Virus record (IMG/VR): IMGVR_UViG_3300022592_000003
Coordinates: 25,243-89,242 of that record
Length of the DNA stretch: 64,000 nucleotides
Source: a virus
Strand: one strand, 5' to 3'
This document shows, in pieces, positions 54,902 through 64,000 of the stretch. The position numbers and the translations under genes were made by a program. The notes under the pieces were generated by a model. That model saw only the letters and a program-made list of their open reading frames with translations, was not told the DNA's origin and searched no databases. Each line of letters begins with the position of its first letter. The first letter of the stretch is position 1.

Positions 54902-56617
54902 ATGAGCGGTGGTATGGATTTTTCACCTCCCAGTTATAGGGCGGCGTCATCTGATTTAACCATCTCCATTTCTCCACTAGGTCTAGTGGAACTTGCCGAT
55001 GAAGAGTTTGAAGTACACGGCCCACGTCTAAACCGTTACTCACTAAACTGGGCGATGTACCTTGGACACCACTGGTCTTACCGCCGTGAAATTGGCGAAT
55101 CGCAAATGGTATATAACTACTATCGTGCGTTTACAGACTTCATCATTAACTTTACTTTTAGCCGTGGCGTATCATTCCGTAGCCCACAGCAAACCGAAGC
55201 TATCGTTCCAGACATCCTAAAGCGTGTATGGGAAATTGATAACGATAAGCACGGTATCCTTTGGGAGATGGGCCAGCAAGGCGGCGTCTCAGGAGACTGC
55301 TTCGTCAAGGTAGCTTACGAAGAGGCTTTCCAGGATTCAACAGGTCGTCCACACCCAGGTCGTGTACGTATCCTTCCTCTTAACGCTTCTTTCTGTTTCC
55401 CAGAATTCCACCCACACGATCGCTCACGTTTGATTCGCTTCAAGCTCAAGTATCGCTTCTGGGGTACATCTGTAGAAGGCACACGCCAGGTCTACACATA
55501 TACAGAAATTTTGACTGATGACCGCATCGAAGAATACATTAATGACGAGCTCATTGATAGCCGTCCTAATCCAATCGGCGTTGTCCCAGTCATTCACATT
55601 CCTAACGTCCGTGTATCTGGTTCTCCATGGGGACTATCTGATTGCCACGACGTTATCACCCTCAACCGTAACTATAACGAGGTAGCTACCGATATCGCAG
55701 ATATCATCAACTACCACGCAGCTCCAGTTACAGTTATTACCGGTGCTAAGGCTTCAGCCCTTGAAAAGGGTCCTAAGAAGGTTTGGGCAGGTCTTCCTAA
55801 GGAAGCTCAGGTCTTCAACCTTGAAGGTGGCGGCCAAGGTCTCCAAGGCGCTATGGAATACCTTAAGATCATTAAGACTTCTATGCACGAAATGGTTGGT
55901 GTCCCAGAGACAGCTCTTGGACAGGTTCAGCCTATCTCTAACACCTCGGGTGTTGCTTTGGCTATTCAGTACCAGCCATTGATGAACCGTTACCACCAGA
56001 AGCTTGTGCAGTATCAAGAAGGCCTACGCCGTATCAACGAGTTGGTGCTTTTGACCCTTGCTTTTAAGGAGCCAGAGTCATTTATCTACAACCCAGATAT
56101 TAACGGCCCAATCAAGCCAGGCCAGCTTACAGCCCTAGATTTGGCTAGCCCATTGACCTATGAGTCAATCGTGCATATGCCACCTCCACTTCCACTAGAT
56201 AAGTTGATCGTACTCAACGAAATCCAGCAGAAAATGAACATGAACCTCGAAAGCCGTGAAGGCGCTCTTCGTCAGCTTGGCGAGGAATTCCCAGATGAGA
56301 AGCTTGCCGAAATTCGTGCAGAGCTTATTGCTGATGCTAAGGCTGACGGAGCTATCGCTCTTGTCAAGCAGCAGATAAATTCAGCAATCACCTCACTTAC
56401 TGGTATGATGCCTGATGGAACTCTTCCACCGGGAGCAGAACCTGGCGATGGCACTGGCCCTGGACCTACAGGACAACCTGGCGTTATCAGTCCAATGGAA
56501 GAAGCAACAATTACAGAACTTCAGCAAGAGATGGTCGTGGAAGCATACGGATCCCGTATCCCAGCGCAGACTGCAAACACGCAGACTGACACACCTAACT
56601 CTGAAGAAAACCAATGA
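54902..56617 (+). CDS. Portal protein
   Basis: Position and size; GVVPVIHIPN..PWGLSD and SGVALAI, SPP1-like portal motifs. Confidence 0.9.
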   Translation: MSGGMDFSPPSYRAASSDLTISISPLGLVELADEEFEVHGPRLNRYSLNWAMYLGHHWSYRREIGESQMVYNYYRAFTDFIINFTFSRGVSFRSPQQTEAIVPDILKRVWEIDNDKHGILWEMGQQGGVSGDCFVKVAYEEAFQDSTGRPHPGRVRILPLNASFCFPEFHPHDRSRLIRFKLKYRFWGTSVEGTRQVYTYTEILTDDRIEEYINDELIDSRPNPIGVVPVIHIPNVRVSGSPWGLSDCHDVITLNRNYNEVATDIADIINYHAAPVTVITGAKASALEKGPKKVWAGLPKEAQVFNLEGGGQGLQGAMEYLKIIKTSMHEMVGVPETALGQVQPISNTSGVALAIQYQPLMNRYHQKLVQYQEGLRRINELVLLTLAFKEPESFIYNPDINGPIKPGQLTALDLASPLTYESIVHMPPPLPLDKLIVLNEIQQKMNMNLESREGALRQLGEEFPDEKLAEIRAELIADAKADGAIALVKQQINSAITSLTGMMPDGTLPPGAEPGDGTGPGPTGQPGVISPMEEATITELQQEMVVEAYGSRIPAQTANTQTDTPNSEENQ

Positions 56618-56725
56618 TTTAACCTGACAAACTAGCGATAGTTTGTCAGGCTATATACCAAACTAACCCGCAGGTCATCGTGGCATTAAATCGGACAACG
56701 ACCTCTTAAACCTAAAGGAACAAGC

Positions 56726-57499
56726 ATGTCAGAAACAACACCAGTTGTTGTTGATAGTGCAGTGGCCCAGGAAGCTTTTGCTTCTGAAGTTAATGGCACC
56801 GCATCAGCAGCACAGCAAGAAGTAGTCCCACCTGTTGCAGATGCAAAGGCAGGATACACAGAAGTAGATCTTCAACGAGTTCGGGAACAAGAGAAGTCAA
56901 AGCTGTATCCACAGATTGACTCGCTTAAAGAAGAAATCAATCTACTTAAGAAAGATCGTGAAGCGCAGGTAGCGGAAGCACAGCGCATTGCGAAAGAGAA
57001 AGAAGAAGAAGCCCGTAAGAAGGCAGAATCTGAGATGGATGTCCGTTCACTTCTTGAAAAGAAGGAACAAGAATGGGCAGCCCAGCTAGAAGGTATCCGT
57101 CAGGAAAGCGCCCGCAAGGACGCACTTCTAGAGCGTGAGCGTCAGTATGCTGAACTTACCGCTTATCGTAATCGTCGTATTGCTGAAGAGCAAGAGAACA
57201 TTATGCCTGAGCTTGTAGATCTAATCTCAGGAAATACTGCAGACGAGATTGAACAGAGTATTACAGGACTTAGGGATCGTTCCACTAAGATTCTGGAATC
57301 GGCGCAGCAGGCTATGCAGTCAGCTCGTCGTGATATGAAGGGCACAAGTACTACTTTGCCCCCAACCATGGAAAATAATTCGGGTCAACAACAGTTCACA
57401 GCGGATCAGATTGCCGCAATGTCGGTTACCGAGTACGCAAAATACAGAGATCGTTTGTTCCCAGGAGCAAACAATCAAAATAAGGGAATCTTCGGGTAA
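56726..57499 (+). CDS. Capsid scaffolding protein
   Basis: Coiled coil directly before the capsid gene; C-terminal IAAMSVTEYAKYR. Confidence 0.8.
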   Translation: MSETTPVVVDSAVAQEAFASEVNGTASAAQQEVVPPVADAKAGYTEVDLQRVREQEKSKLYPQIDSLKEEINLLKKDREAQVAEAQRIAKEKEEEARKKAESEMDVRSLLEKKEQEWAAQLEGIRQESARKDALLERERQYAELTAYRNRRIAEEQENIMPELVDLISGNTADEIEQSITGLRDRSTKILESAQQAMQSARRDMKGTSTTLPPTMENNSGQQQFTADQIAAMSVTEYAKYRDRLFPGANNQNKGIFG

Positions 57500-57552
57500 G
57501 CAATTACCTTCCAAACCAACCTCAACATATATGAACAAGGAGTAATACCGAC

Positions 57553-58629
57553 ATGGCATCAGCCGTAACAGGTACCGGCAATCTCGCCGCAGCACCTACA
57601 GCGTATTCTGGCGCAAACAGCCAGCTTACACAAGCAATTCAGACCATCTGGTCTAAGGAAATTCTTTTCCAGTCAATGCCAATTCTTCGCTTCGAACAGT
57701 TCGCAGTAAAGAAGACTGAACTTGGTGTCGCACCAGGTCTCCAGATCAACTTCATGCGTTACAACAACCTCGGCTTTGCAGCCCCATTGGTTGAAGGCGT
57801 TCGTATGTCAACAAACGCATTGACAGCACAGCAATTCTCAATCACAGTTGCAGAGCATGGCTATGCAATTGCAGTATCTGAGCTCCTCCTTAACGCATCA
57901 TTCGATGACGTTATGGCATCAGCTTCACGTCTTCTTGGACGTAACATGGCTCTCTACCTTGATGGCCAGGCTCGTGACACACTCATGGCAGCATCCTCAG
58001 TTATCTACGGCGAAGATCGCACAGGTCTTGACGCTGTAAACAACTGGTACGGATACGGCACAGAAGCTACATCACGTGCTTCACTCACCGGTTCTTCATT
58101 CCTCTCAACACGTACCGTTAAGGACGCTGTCGAGACATTGGCAACCAAGAACATCCCAAGGTTGGGCGAGACATACGTCGCTTTCGTTCACCCACACCAG
58201 TCTCGTCGTCTTCGTGACCTCCCAGAGTTCATCGAAGTAACAAAGTACGCAGCTCCAGGTAACTTCATGCTCGGTGAAATCGGTCGTCTCTACGACACAG
58301 TCTTCATTGAGACAACACAAATCCAGAAGGTAACAAACGGCGCAGGTTCTGGCTACACAGCTGACTCAACCGTTGCTCCTGGAGATATCGTTTACCCAAC
58401 TGGCGGAGGTTACACCACCCCAGTAACAAAGACCGGTAACGGTAACAAGGATCGCTACTCAGCGATCTTCATTGGTGACAATGCATTCGGACACGCAATC
58501 TCACTTCCAGTTGAGCTTCGTGACGGCGGTATCCTCGACTTCGGTCGTGAGCACGCTCTTGCATGGTACGCAATCTACGGCCTCGGTCTTATCACCGATC
58601 AAAGCGTAGTAATTGCGGAGACAAATTAG
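57553..58629 (+). CDS. Major capsid protein (N4-gp56-like)
   Basis: YVAFVHPHQ, GEIG, DFGREH..AWY; strong codon bias. Confidence 0.92.
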   Translation: MASAVTGTGNLAAAPTAYSGANSQLTQAIQTIWSKEILFQSMPILRFEQFAVKKTELGVAPGLQINFMRYNNLGFAAPLVEGVRMSTNALTAQQFSITVAEHGYAIAVSELLLNASFDDVMASASRLLGRNMALYLDGQARDTLMAASSVIYGEDRTGLDAVNNWYGYGTEATSRASLTGSSFLSTRTVKDAVETLATKNIPRLGETYVAFVHPHQSRRLRDLPEFIEVTKYAAPGNFMLGEIGRLYDTVFIETTQIQKVTNGAGSGYTADSTVAPGDIVYPTGGGYTTPVTKTGNGNKDRYSAIFIGDNAFGHAISLPVELRDGGILDFGREHALAWYAIYGLGLITDQSVVIAETN

Positions 58630-58688
58630 CCTAAACAGTGGTAAGATTCTCCTAGTAGGTAAACTGCCTACTAGGAGGTCTTACACAT

Positions 58689-59246
58689 ATGGCAGTAAAG
58701 CACGTAAAAACAAAATGTCCGCAAGGGCATAGCTATACAAAAGATAATTCGTACATAGATAAAAACGGTTATCGCCACTGTAGGACTTGTCGTAAAGATA
58801 CGATGAGAATCCGCAGAGAAGATGACGTAAGAGTTGGACGTGGCGTTAATAACGCTTCTAAAACCGAGTGTCCTAAAGGGCACCCGTACGATGAAGAAAA
58901 TACAATTACATATGTAAAGCCTAATGGTAAATCAAAAAGAGCTTGCCGAGAGTGCGCCAGAGCTAATATGGCTACCCAAAACGTTAAGCGTTATGGAATA
59001 ACCAAAGCGGACTTTGAAGCCCTAATAGAAGCACAAGACTCTAAATGTGCTATATGCAAAGGTAAGTTCTGGGATGAGGTCTCCTCTCCCCACATTGATC
59101 ATGACCACACTTGCTGTAATGGGCAAATGCGTTCTTGCGGTAAATGTATAAGAGGACTTCTTTGCAGAAACTGTAACCAGGTTCTTGGCTGTGCCAAGGA
59201 CAATATTGAGGTCTTAAAAGCCGCAATAAAATACCTTAACAACTAA
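58689..59246 (+). CDS. Endonuclease VII-type homing endonuclease
   Basis: Two CPxGH.Y...N...CRxC repeats; CAIC...IDHDH...RGLLCRNCNQVLG. Confidence 0.88.
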   Translation: MAVKHVKTKCPQGHSYTKDNSYIDKNGYRHCRTCRKDTMRIRREDDVRVGRGVNNASKTECPKGHPYDEENTITYVKPNGKSKRACRECARANMATQNVKRYGITKADFEALIEAQDSKCAICKGKFWDEVSSPHIDHDHTCCNGQMRSCGKCIRGLLCRNCNQVLGCAKDNIEVLKAAIKYLNN

Positions 59247-59266
59247 CTAACAGGAGAATACACATC

Positions 59267-59632
59267 GTGGCAAAAGCAAAAGTTACCGACGTCACAGGAC
59301 GTCAGCGTGAAGAACAAATCAAGGCAAACGCAGAGGCTCTAGCAGCCAAAGCTACCGAAATGTCTATGGCAACAGCGACAAAAGAATACCGTGATGCTAC
59401 AGAGGTAGTGGATATGACCACACCGGCTGTACCAACCGTAATTGATGAGGTCGAAGATCTCGGCGTAAGCCTCGCAGACGACTCAGTTGTCGTGCGTGTT
59501 GCAGAAGACATCGAAATGATGACAATTGGAGCTGGCAACCACTACTCTTTCCAGGCCGGTAAGAAGTACAAGGTTACACAAGCTGTAGCTAACCATCTAA
59601 AAGAAAAAGGTTACTTGTACGATCGCCTCTAA
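59267..59632 (+). CDS. Head-associated hypothetical protein
   Basis: AGGAG RBS, GTG start, follows capsid. Confidence 0.7.
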   Translation: MAKAKVTDVTGRQREEQIKANAEALAAKATEMSMATATKEYRDATEVVDMTTPAVPTVIDEVEDLGVSLADDSVVVRVAEDIEMMTIGAGNHYSFQAGKKYKVTQAVANHLKEKGYLYDRL

Positions 59633-59651
59633 GCCGTACAAGGCATAGAAG

Positions 59652-59695
59652 TCCCACTCCTACAACCGCCCTCCTGTAGGAGTGGGGCCTTTTTT
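59652..59695 (+). terminator. Intrinsic terminator with C-rich loop
   Basis: CCCACTCCTACA/TGTAGGAGTGGG stem, loop ACCGCCCTCC, T6. Confidence 0.75.
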
Positions 59696-59753
59696 ATATA
59701 GATTTATTTGCATTTTTACAGGATGATTATCCTATTAGTTATATGGAGGATTA

Positions 59754-60839
59754 GTGGCCACAGTAGCACAACTCTCTGACAGGCTCAGAGCAGAAATTGG
59801 CGATATCGCCAGGTCCTTTACGGATACCTTTACCGGTGATGGTATTACCTCCCGCTACCAACTTTCTCAAGCCCCTATTCAGGGCTATACCCTTGTAGTA
59901 AAAATTGATGGCTCTGACGTCTCATCCCACGTTACTGTGGAAGAAGGCGTGGGAGTCTTAACTTTTGAGCATGACTATGTACCGAACAACAATGCTGTCA
60001 TCAGCGTTTACGGTCAGGCCTACCGCTACTTCACAGACTCTGAGATTTCTTATTACATCAACACAGCATTCCTAGAGCATGCTCAGCACTCTACAGATAC
60101 TGCCGGAAGCCGCATTACCCAGATCGGTTTGCTTCCCCCAATTGAAGAATATCCGCTAGTTCTCTTGGCCTCAACTATGGCCTTATACACCTTGGCAAAT
60201 GATGCAGCCTTTGATATTGACATCATCTCTCCAGATGGCGTAAGCATTCCACGTTCAGAGCGTTACCGTCAACTCTCTGAGATGGTTCAGACCCGCAAGG
60301 AACAATACAAAGAACTTTGTTCGATGTTGGATATCGGCGTGTATCGTATTGAGGTTAAGACCCTACGCCGCATCAGCCGTGCCACTAACCGTTACGTACC
60401 TATTTATCGTCCTCAAGAGATTGATGACGGATCTATTCCACAGCGTGTCTACCTCAACATGCCGGACTACGGAGATATCACCCCTCCAAGCACAGCAATG
60501 TCACGTGACCTTTCAATGTACTCAGGCGATGACTTCAAGATTGACTTCCAGTTTGCCTTTGACGTCTCTAGCTACACGCCTAAATCTCAGATCAGAATCT
60601 TTGCCTCTGGCGACTATGCCCAGGTTGGCCCACTGATTTTGGGAACATTTACCATTACAAAGAAGCAGTCAGTTGTAGGTGGCCCTACAGATACCCTAGA
60701 ATTGACCCTACCAGGCTCTGTAACGTCCGATCTACCCAAGACCGCATACTACGACCTCCAGATGACTTCGGGGGCTGACGGAACCGTTAGAACCTATGTA
60801 ACTGGCAAGGTATTTACTAGAGCTCAGGTGACCACATGA
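59754..60839 (+). CDS. Probable head-tail adaptor / structural protein
   Basis: LRAEIGD...FTDSEI motif; position after capsid. Confidence 0.65.
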   Translation: MATVAQLSDRLRAEIGDIARSFTDTFTGDGITSRYQLSQAPIQGYTLVVKIDGSDVSSHVTVEEGVGVLTFEHDYVPNNNAVISVYGQAYRYFTDSEISYYINTAFLEHAQHSTDTAGSRITQIGLLPPIEEYPLVLLASTMALYTLANDAAFDIDIISPDGVSIPRSERYRQLSEMVQTRKEQYKELCSMLDIGVYRIEVKTLRRISRATNRYVPIYRPQEIDDGSIPQRVYLNMPDYGDITPPSTAMSRDLSMYSGDDFKIDFQFAFDVSSYTPKSQIRIFASGDYAQVGPLILGTFTITKKQSVVGGPTDTLELTLPGSVTSDLPKTAYYDLQMTSGADGTVRTYVTGKVFTRAQVTT

Positions 60840-61153
60840 GTAACCCACAGATCTGGCAGCCTAACCCAGAGTATGGCCTAGAAATCCCGGATATTACCAA
60901 CGTAATCTACCCGGCCCCTCTAAGCATCAACGTACTAACTGAGGGGTCAATCCTACCCCCACTGGCATACCATCACCCACAGCCGGTACCCTCTGATGTA
61001 TGGGTTATTAACCACCATTTGAACTTTAATCCAAACGTAACAGTAGTAGACTCAGCAGGTACAAACGTTGAAGGAGAGCTGCAGTATAACGACTTAAACA
61101 CTGTAACCCTCAGGTTTAACGCCGCATTTGCTGGAGATGCTTACCTTTCATAA
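60836..61153 (+). CDS. Small structural protein
   Basis: WVINHHL...VTVVDSAG...GDAYLS. Confidence 0.65.
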   Translation: MSNPQIWQPNPEYGLEIPDITNVIYPAPLSINVLTEGSILPPLAYHHPQPVPSDVWVINHHLNFNPNVTVVDSAGTNVEGELQYNDLNTVTLRFNAAFAGDAYLS

Positions 61154-61164
61154 GGAGATAATGA

Positions 61165-62904
61165 ATGTCACGTAAATTTTTAACACCGATTGACCTAAGC
61201 AAGAATGAGCTTCAAAATGCTCGTATACAAAACCTTGCTAGTGCGCCATCGTCTCCAGTAGTTGGTCAGATCTACTACGATACATCCCTCAACGGCCTCT
61301 ACATCTACAACGGTACCGCATGGGCCCTTGCTGGTGGAATCTCAGCAGGCACGTTATCCGCACGACCTCTTGCTTCGGCAGTGGCTGCAGGATCCTTCTA
61401 TTACACAACCGATACCCACGTTATCTACTACTCTGATGCCTCCACATGGCAGCAAGTAGGTATCGGTACTAATACCACAGATACCCTTTATAACAAGACA
61501 CTTTCTTCACCTACCATCCTTGGACCTATGTATGTCCAGAGTGGCGGCGGTGCTGGCGGTACCAACAACACTATTACTGCCAATAACTCAACTGGCGTTC
61601 TTACTATTAACTCAGGTTATGGCGTAGAAATTGATGCCACAGGTAACATTAACTTTGGTCCGTCTGGAACAGCTACAGTAAATAGCGATGTTATTACAAC
61701 TAACACCGCTTCACAGACCCTCACCAATAAGACATTGGGATCCGGTACATCTCTTACCGCTAACCTAAATGCTAACTCTAACAAGATTACAAACCTTGCT
61801 ACACCAACCGCATCTACAGATGCCGCAAACAAGTCATACGTTGATAGCGTAGCTCAAGGACTTAGCATCCTTAGCTCTGCTGAATACTTCAGCGCAGGAA
61901 CTATTGCAGGTACTTATGCAGCTGGTTCTGCCGGTGTTGATGGTGGTACAGGTGTTGGCGCAACAATTACCTATTCTGCCACTGGTGCAACAACTATTGA
62001 CTCAGGTCCAGACAACCTTAACGTTGGCGACCGTATCGTTGTAGCCGGCGGTACCGCAGCACTCTCTGGTGCTAACTCAATTGCTAACGGTCTTTATACA
62101 GTAACAACTGCCGGTACATCTGGAGTTGCTACAGTTCTTACACGTTCTACAGATTACGACAATCACCTTAACGGCCAGGTAGTATCTGGTACATTTGTTT
62201 ACATTGCTTTGGGAGCAACCTACGGCGGAACCGGTTGGGTTCAAAAGCTTCAAGGAACTGCTACAAACGTAGGCGATGGTATCAAGGTTGGTACAGACCC
62301 TATTCAGTGGGCACAGTTCTCTGGCGTAGGAACCTACACAGCTTCTAATGGTGTAACCCTTTCTGGTAACAACTTTACCTTCACTCCACTATCAACTGGT
62401 GGTTTGACAACTGGTGCTTCAGGCGCATCTGTTCTTCTCCCTACAAACTCTGGTTTGGGAACAACCTCATCAGGTTTGGCAGTAGGCGCAGGTACAGGCA
62501 TTACTGTTTCAGGCGGAACAGTATCTCTTACCAACACCTCACTAACTGTAAACGGCAGCACAGTGGCCCTTGGCGGATCCACAACGATTACCGCTAACAC
62601 CACTAACGCCCTTACCTTGGGTACAGGCCTTACTGGAACATCCTTTAACGGTTCGGCTGCAGTAACAGCTGCGATTGATACCTCTGTAGTAGTACGTAAG
62701 TACTCAACTACTTTGGCTACATCAGCTACTTCCTACACAGTTACCCACAACCTAGGAACCCTAGATGTGCAGGTTACTTTGTATGATGCATCTACTGGTG
62801 TTGAATACTTTGCAGATGTAACCCACGCCACTACAAATACAATTACAGTGGCTTTCTCAACCGCTCCTTCAGCGAACCAAATCCGAGTCGTAGTATTCGG
62901 ATAA
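61165..62904 (+). CDS. Tail fibre-like structural protein
   Basis: G/T/S-rich; QTLTNKT, ITNLATPT..TDAANKSYVD, VTHNLGT. Confidence 0.8.
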   Translation: MSRKFLTPIDLSKNELQNARIQNLASAPSSPVVGQIYYDTSLNGLYIYNGTAWALAGGISAGTLSARPLASAVAAGSFYYTTDTHVIYYSDASTWQQVGIGTNTTDTLYNKTLSSPTILGPMYVQSGGGAGGTNNTITANNSTGVLTINSGYGVEIDATGNINFGPSGTATVNSDVITTNTASQTLTNKTLGSGTSLTANLNANSNKITNLATPTASTDAANKSYVDSVAQGLSILSSAEYFSAGTIAGTYAAGSAGVDGGTGVGATITYSATGATTIDSGPDNLNVGDRIVVAGGTAALSGANSIANGLYTVTTAGTSGVATVLTRSTDYDNHLNGQVVSGTFVYIALGATYGGTGWVQKLQGTATNVGDGIKVGTDPIQWAQFSGVGTYTASNGVTLSGNNFTFTPLSTGGLTTGASGASVLLPTNSGLGTTSSGLAVGAGTGITVSGGTVSLTNTSLTVNGSTVALGGSTTITANTTNALTLGTGLTGTSFNGSAAVTAAIDTSVVVRKYSTTLATSATSYTVTHNLGTLDVQVTLYDASTGVEYFADVTHATTNTITVAFSTAPSANQIRVVVFG

Positions 62905-62913
62905 GGAGTCTAG

Positions 62914-63315
62914 GTGTCACGCAAATTTCTATCACCTATAAATTTAGTAGGTAGTGCTGCTGACCCTGTTTCTGGAACCGCTGGAGATCTTTACTTTAAT
63001 ACCGGAACCAACGTGGTTAAGGTATACAACGGAACTACTTGGACCGTAATAGGTTCTGGTGGGGGCTCATCAGTCACAACGTCTGATACGGCACCTTCCA
63101 GCCCTACATCTGGAGCACTTTGGTTTGACTCAGCAACGGGTCAATTGTTTATCTACTACTCAGGTTACTGGCTAGAAGTTGGAGCTGGTGGAGGTTCTGG
63201 ACAGAACTCCATCACTGCAGTTGACGGCGGAGTATTTGACGGTGTAGCTCCGTATGACGGAGGAACCCCAAGTACGGTATCATGGGCTAACATAGTTATT
63301 GGAGGAACGCCATAA
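62914..63315 (+). CDS. Fibre-associated protein
   Basis: GDLYFNT...YNGTTW; APSSPTSGALWFDS. Confidence 0.7.
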   Translation: MSRKFLSPINLVGSAADPVSGTAGDLYFNTGTNVVKVYNGTTWTVIGSGGGSSVTTSDTAPSSPTSGALWFDSATGQLFIYYSGYWLEVGAGGGSGQNSITAVDGGVFDGVAPYDGGTPSTVSWANIVIGGTP

Positions 63316-63918
63316 ATGGGAGTTCAAACACAGATTCAGCTGCGCCGTGGAACGGCCGCACAATGGACTTCAGCTAACCCTACGCTTGCCGCAGGTGAAA
63401 TGGCTGTAGAAACTGACACCAAGCTATTTAAGATTGGTGATGGCGCAACAGCGTGGACATCCCTAGGCTATGCCAGCATTCCACAGGGAACCGGATTTAG
63501 CGTATCCTCACAGTACAACGTACCTACCTTAAAGTCTCCTAAAGAAATCACAACCGTATCTGCCACTGCAGCTACCGGTACAGTTAACTTTGACTATCTA
63601 ACTCAGGGTGTTCTTTACTACACCACCAACTCTTCAGCTAACTTCACACTCAATATTCGTGGAAACTCTACAACGGCTCTTAACTCTGTTATGAACACAG
63701 GTGACGCAGTAACTGTGGCATTTTTAAATACCAACGGATCTACAGCCTATTATGCAAATGCTTTTACTATTGACGGTACATCAGTAAGCCCTAAATGGCA
63801 GGGCGGAACAGCCCCTTCTGCGGGTAACGCTTCTGCAATTGACTCTTATACACTAACTATTATTAAGACAGGTTCAGCAGCATATACAGTGCTTGCAGCC
63901 TTGACTAAGTTTGCGTAG
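63316..63918 (+). CDS. Fibre protein with Mtd/hyaluronidase-type N-terminus
   Basis: IQLRRGTAAQWTSANPTLAAGE...ETDT..FKIGDG..AW..L.Y. Confidence 0.8.
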   Translation: MGVQTQIQLRRGTAAQWTSANPTLAAGEMAVETDTKLFKIGDGATAWTSLGYASIPQGTGFSVSSQYNVPTLKSPKEITTVSATAATGTVNFDYLTQGVLYYTTNSSANFTLNIRGNSTTALNSVMNTGDAVTVAFLNTNGSTAYYANAFTIDGTSVSPKWQGGTAPSAGNASAIDSYTLTIIKTGSAAYTVLAALTKFA

Positions 63919-63924
63919 GCCTAA

Positions 63925-64000
63925 ATGTCACCACTTATTGAAAGCTTAGGTGGAGCTCACGGATTTGGTTTATTTGCCGCATCTGGTGGTACGCCTATTG
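63925..64000 (+). CDS. Structural protein, 3'-truncated
   Basis: MSPLIESLGGAHGFG... runs off the window. Confidence 0.5.
   Translation, partial: MSPLIESLGGAHGFGLFAASGGTPI

Noticed and set aside
1-64000. Prophage features or stop-codon reassignment
   Set aside because: No integrase, att site or host gene block seen; core genes are intact in code 11 and all three stop codons are used.

Overview
A 64 kb segment of a tailed dsDNA phage, most likely infecting Actinobacteria (two WhiB genes, AGAAAGGAG-type RBSs); host assignment is inference. 1-12.9 kb (+): replication/recombination genes (SNF2 helicase end, SSB, family-A polymerase, RecA, Cas4-like nuclease, resolvases, WhiB, dNMP kinase, SpoVS, metallophosphoesterase). 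12.9-17.3 kb: lysis/membrane block (CHAP endolysin, holin-like proteins, PA14/FN3 surface protein). 17.3-28.6 kb (+): small ORFans, a nucleotidyltransferase/HAD-like/TGT-like trio, NrdJ, NrdH and a very acidic peptide. 28.6-41.3 kb (-): probable early arm with a MoxR-AAA/VWA pair, DenV-like glycosylase, HicA-like protein, second WhiB and tRNA-Arg. 41.7-64 kb (+): Hsp20, an RNA cluster with tRNA-Asn, an Ntn protease, a PASTA paralog trio, then terminase, portal, scaffold, major capsid and fibre genes. No integrase or CRISPR array was seen. The most unusual signals are non-coding: an exact 12-mer repeated 8 times at 1.0-1.8 kb spacing on the sense strand across the early arm; a structured RNA with complementary loops next to tRNA-Asn and a 41-nt tRNA minihelix; two covarying pseudoknots flanking tRNA-Arg; hairpin loops resembling the 16S rRNA 3' tail; and a CCC-TGA +1 frameshift. 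All calls are by eye, without database searches.
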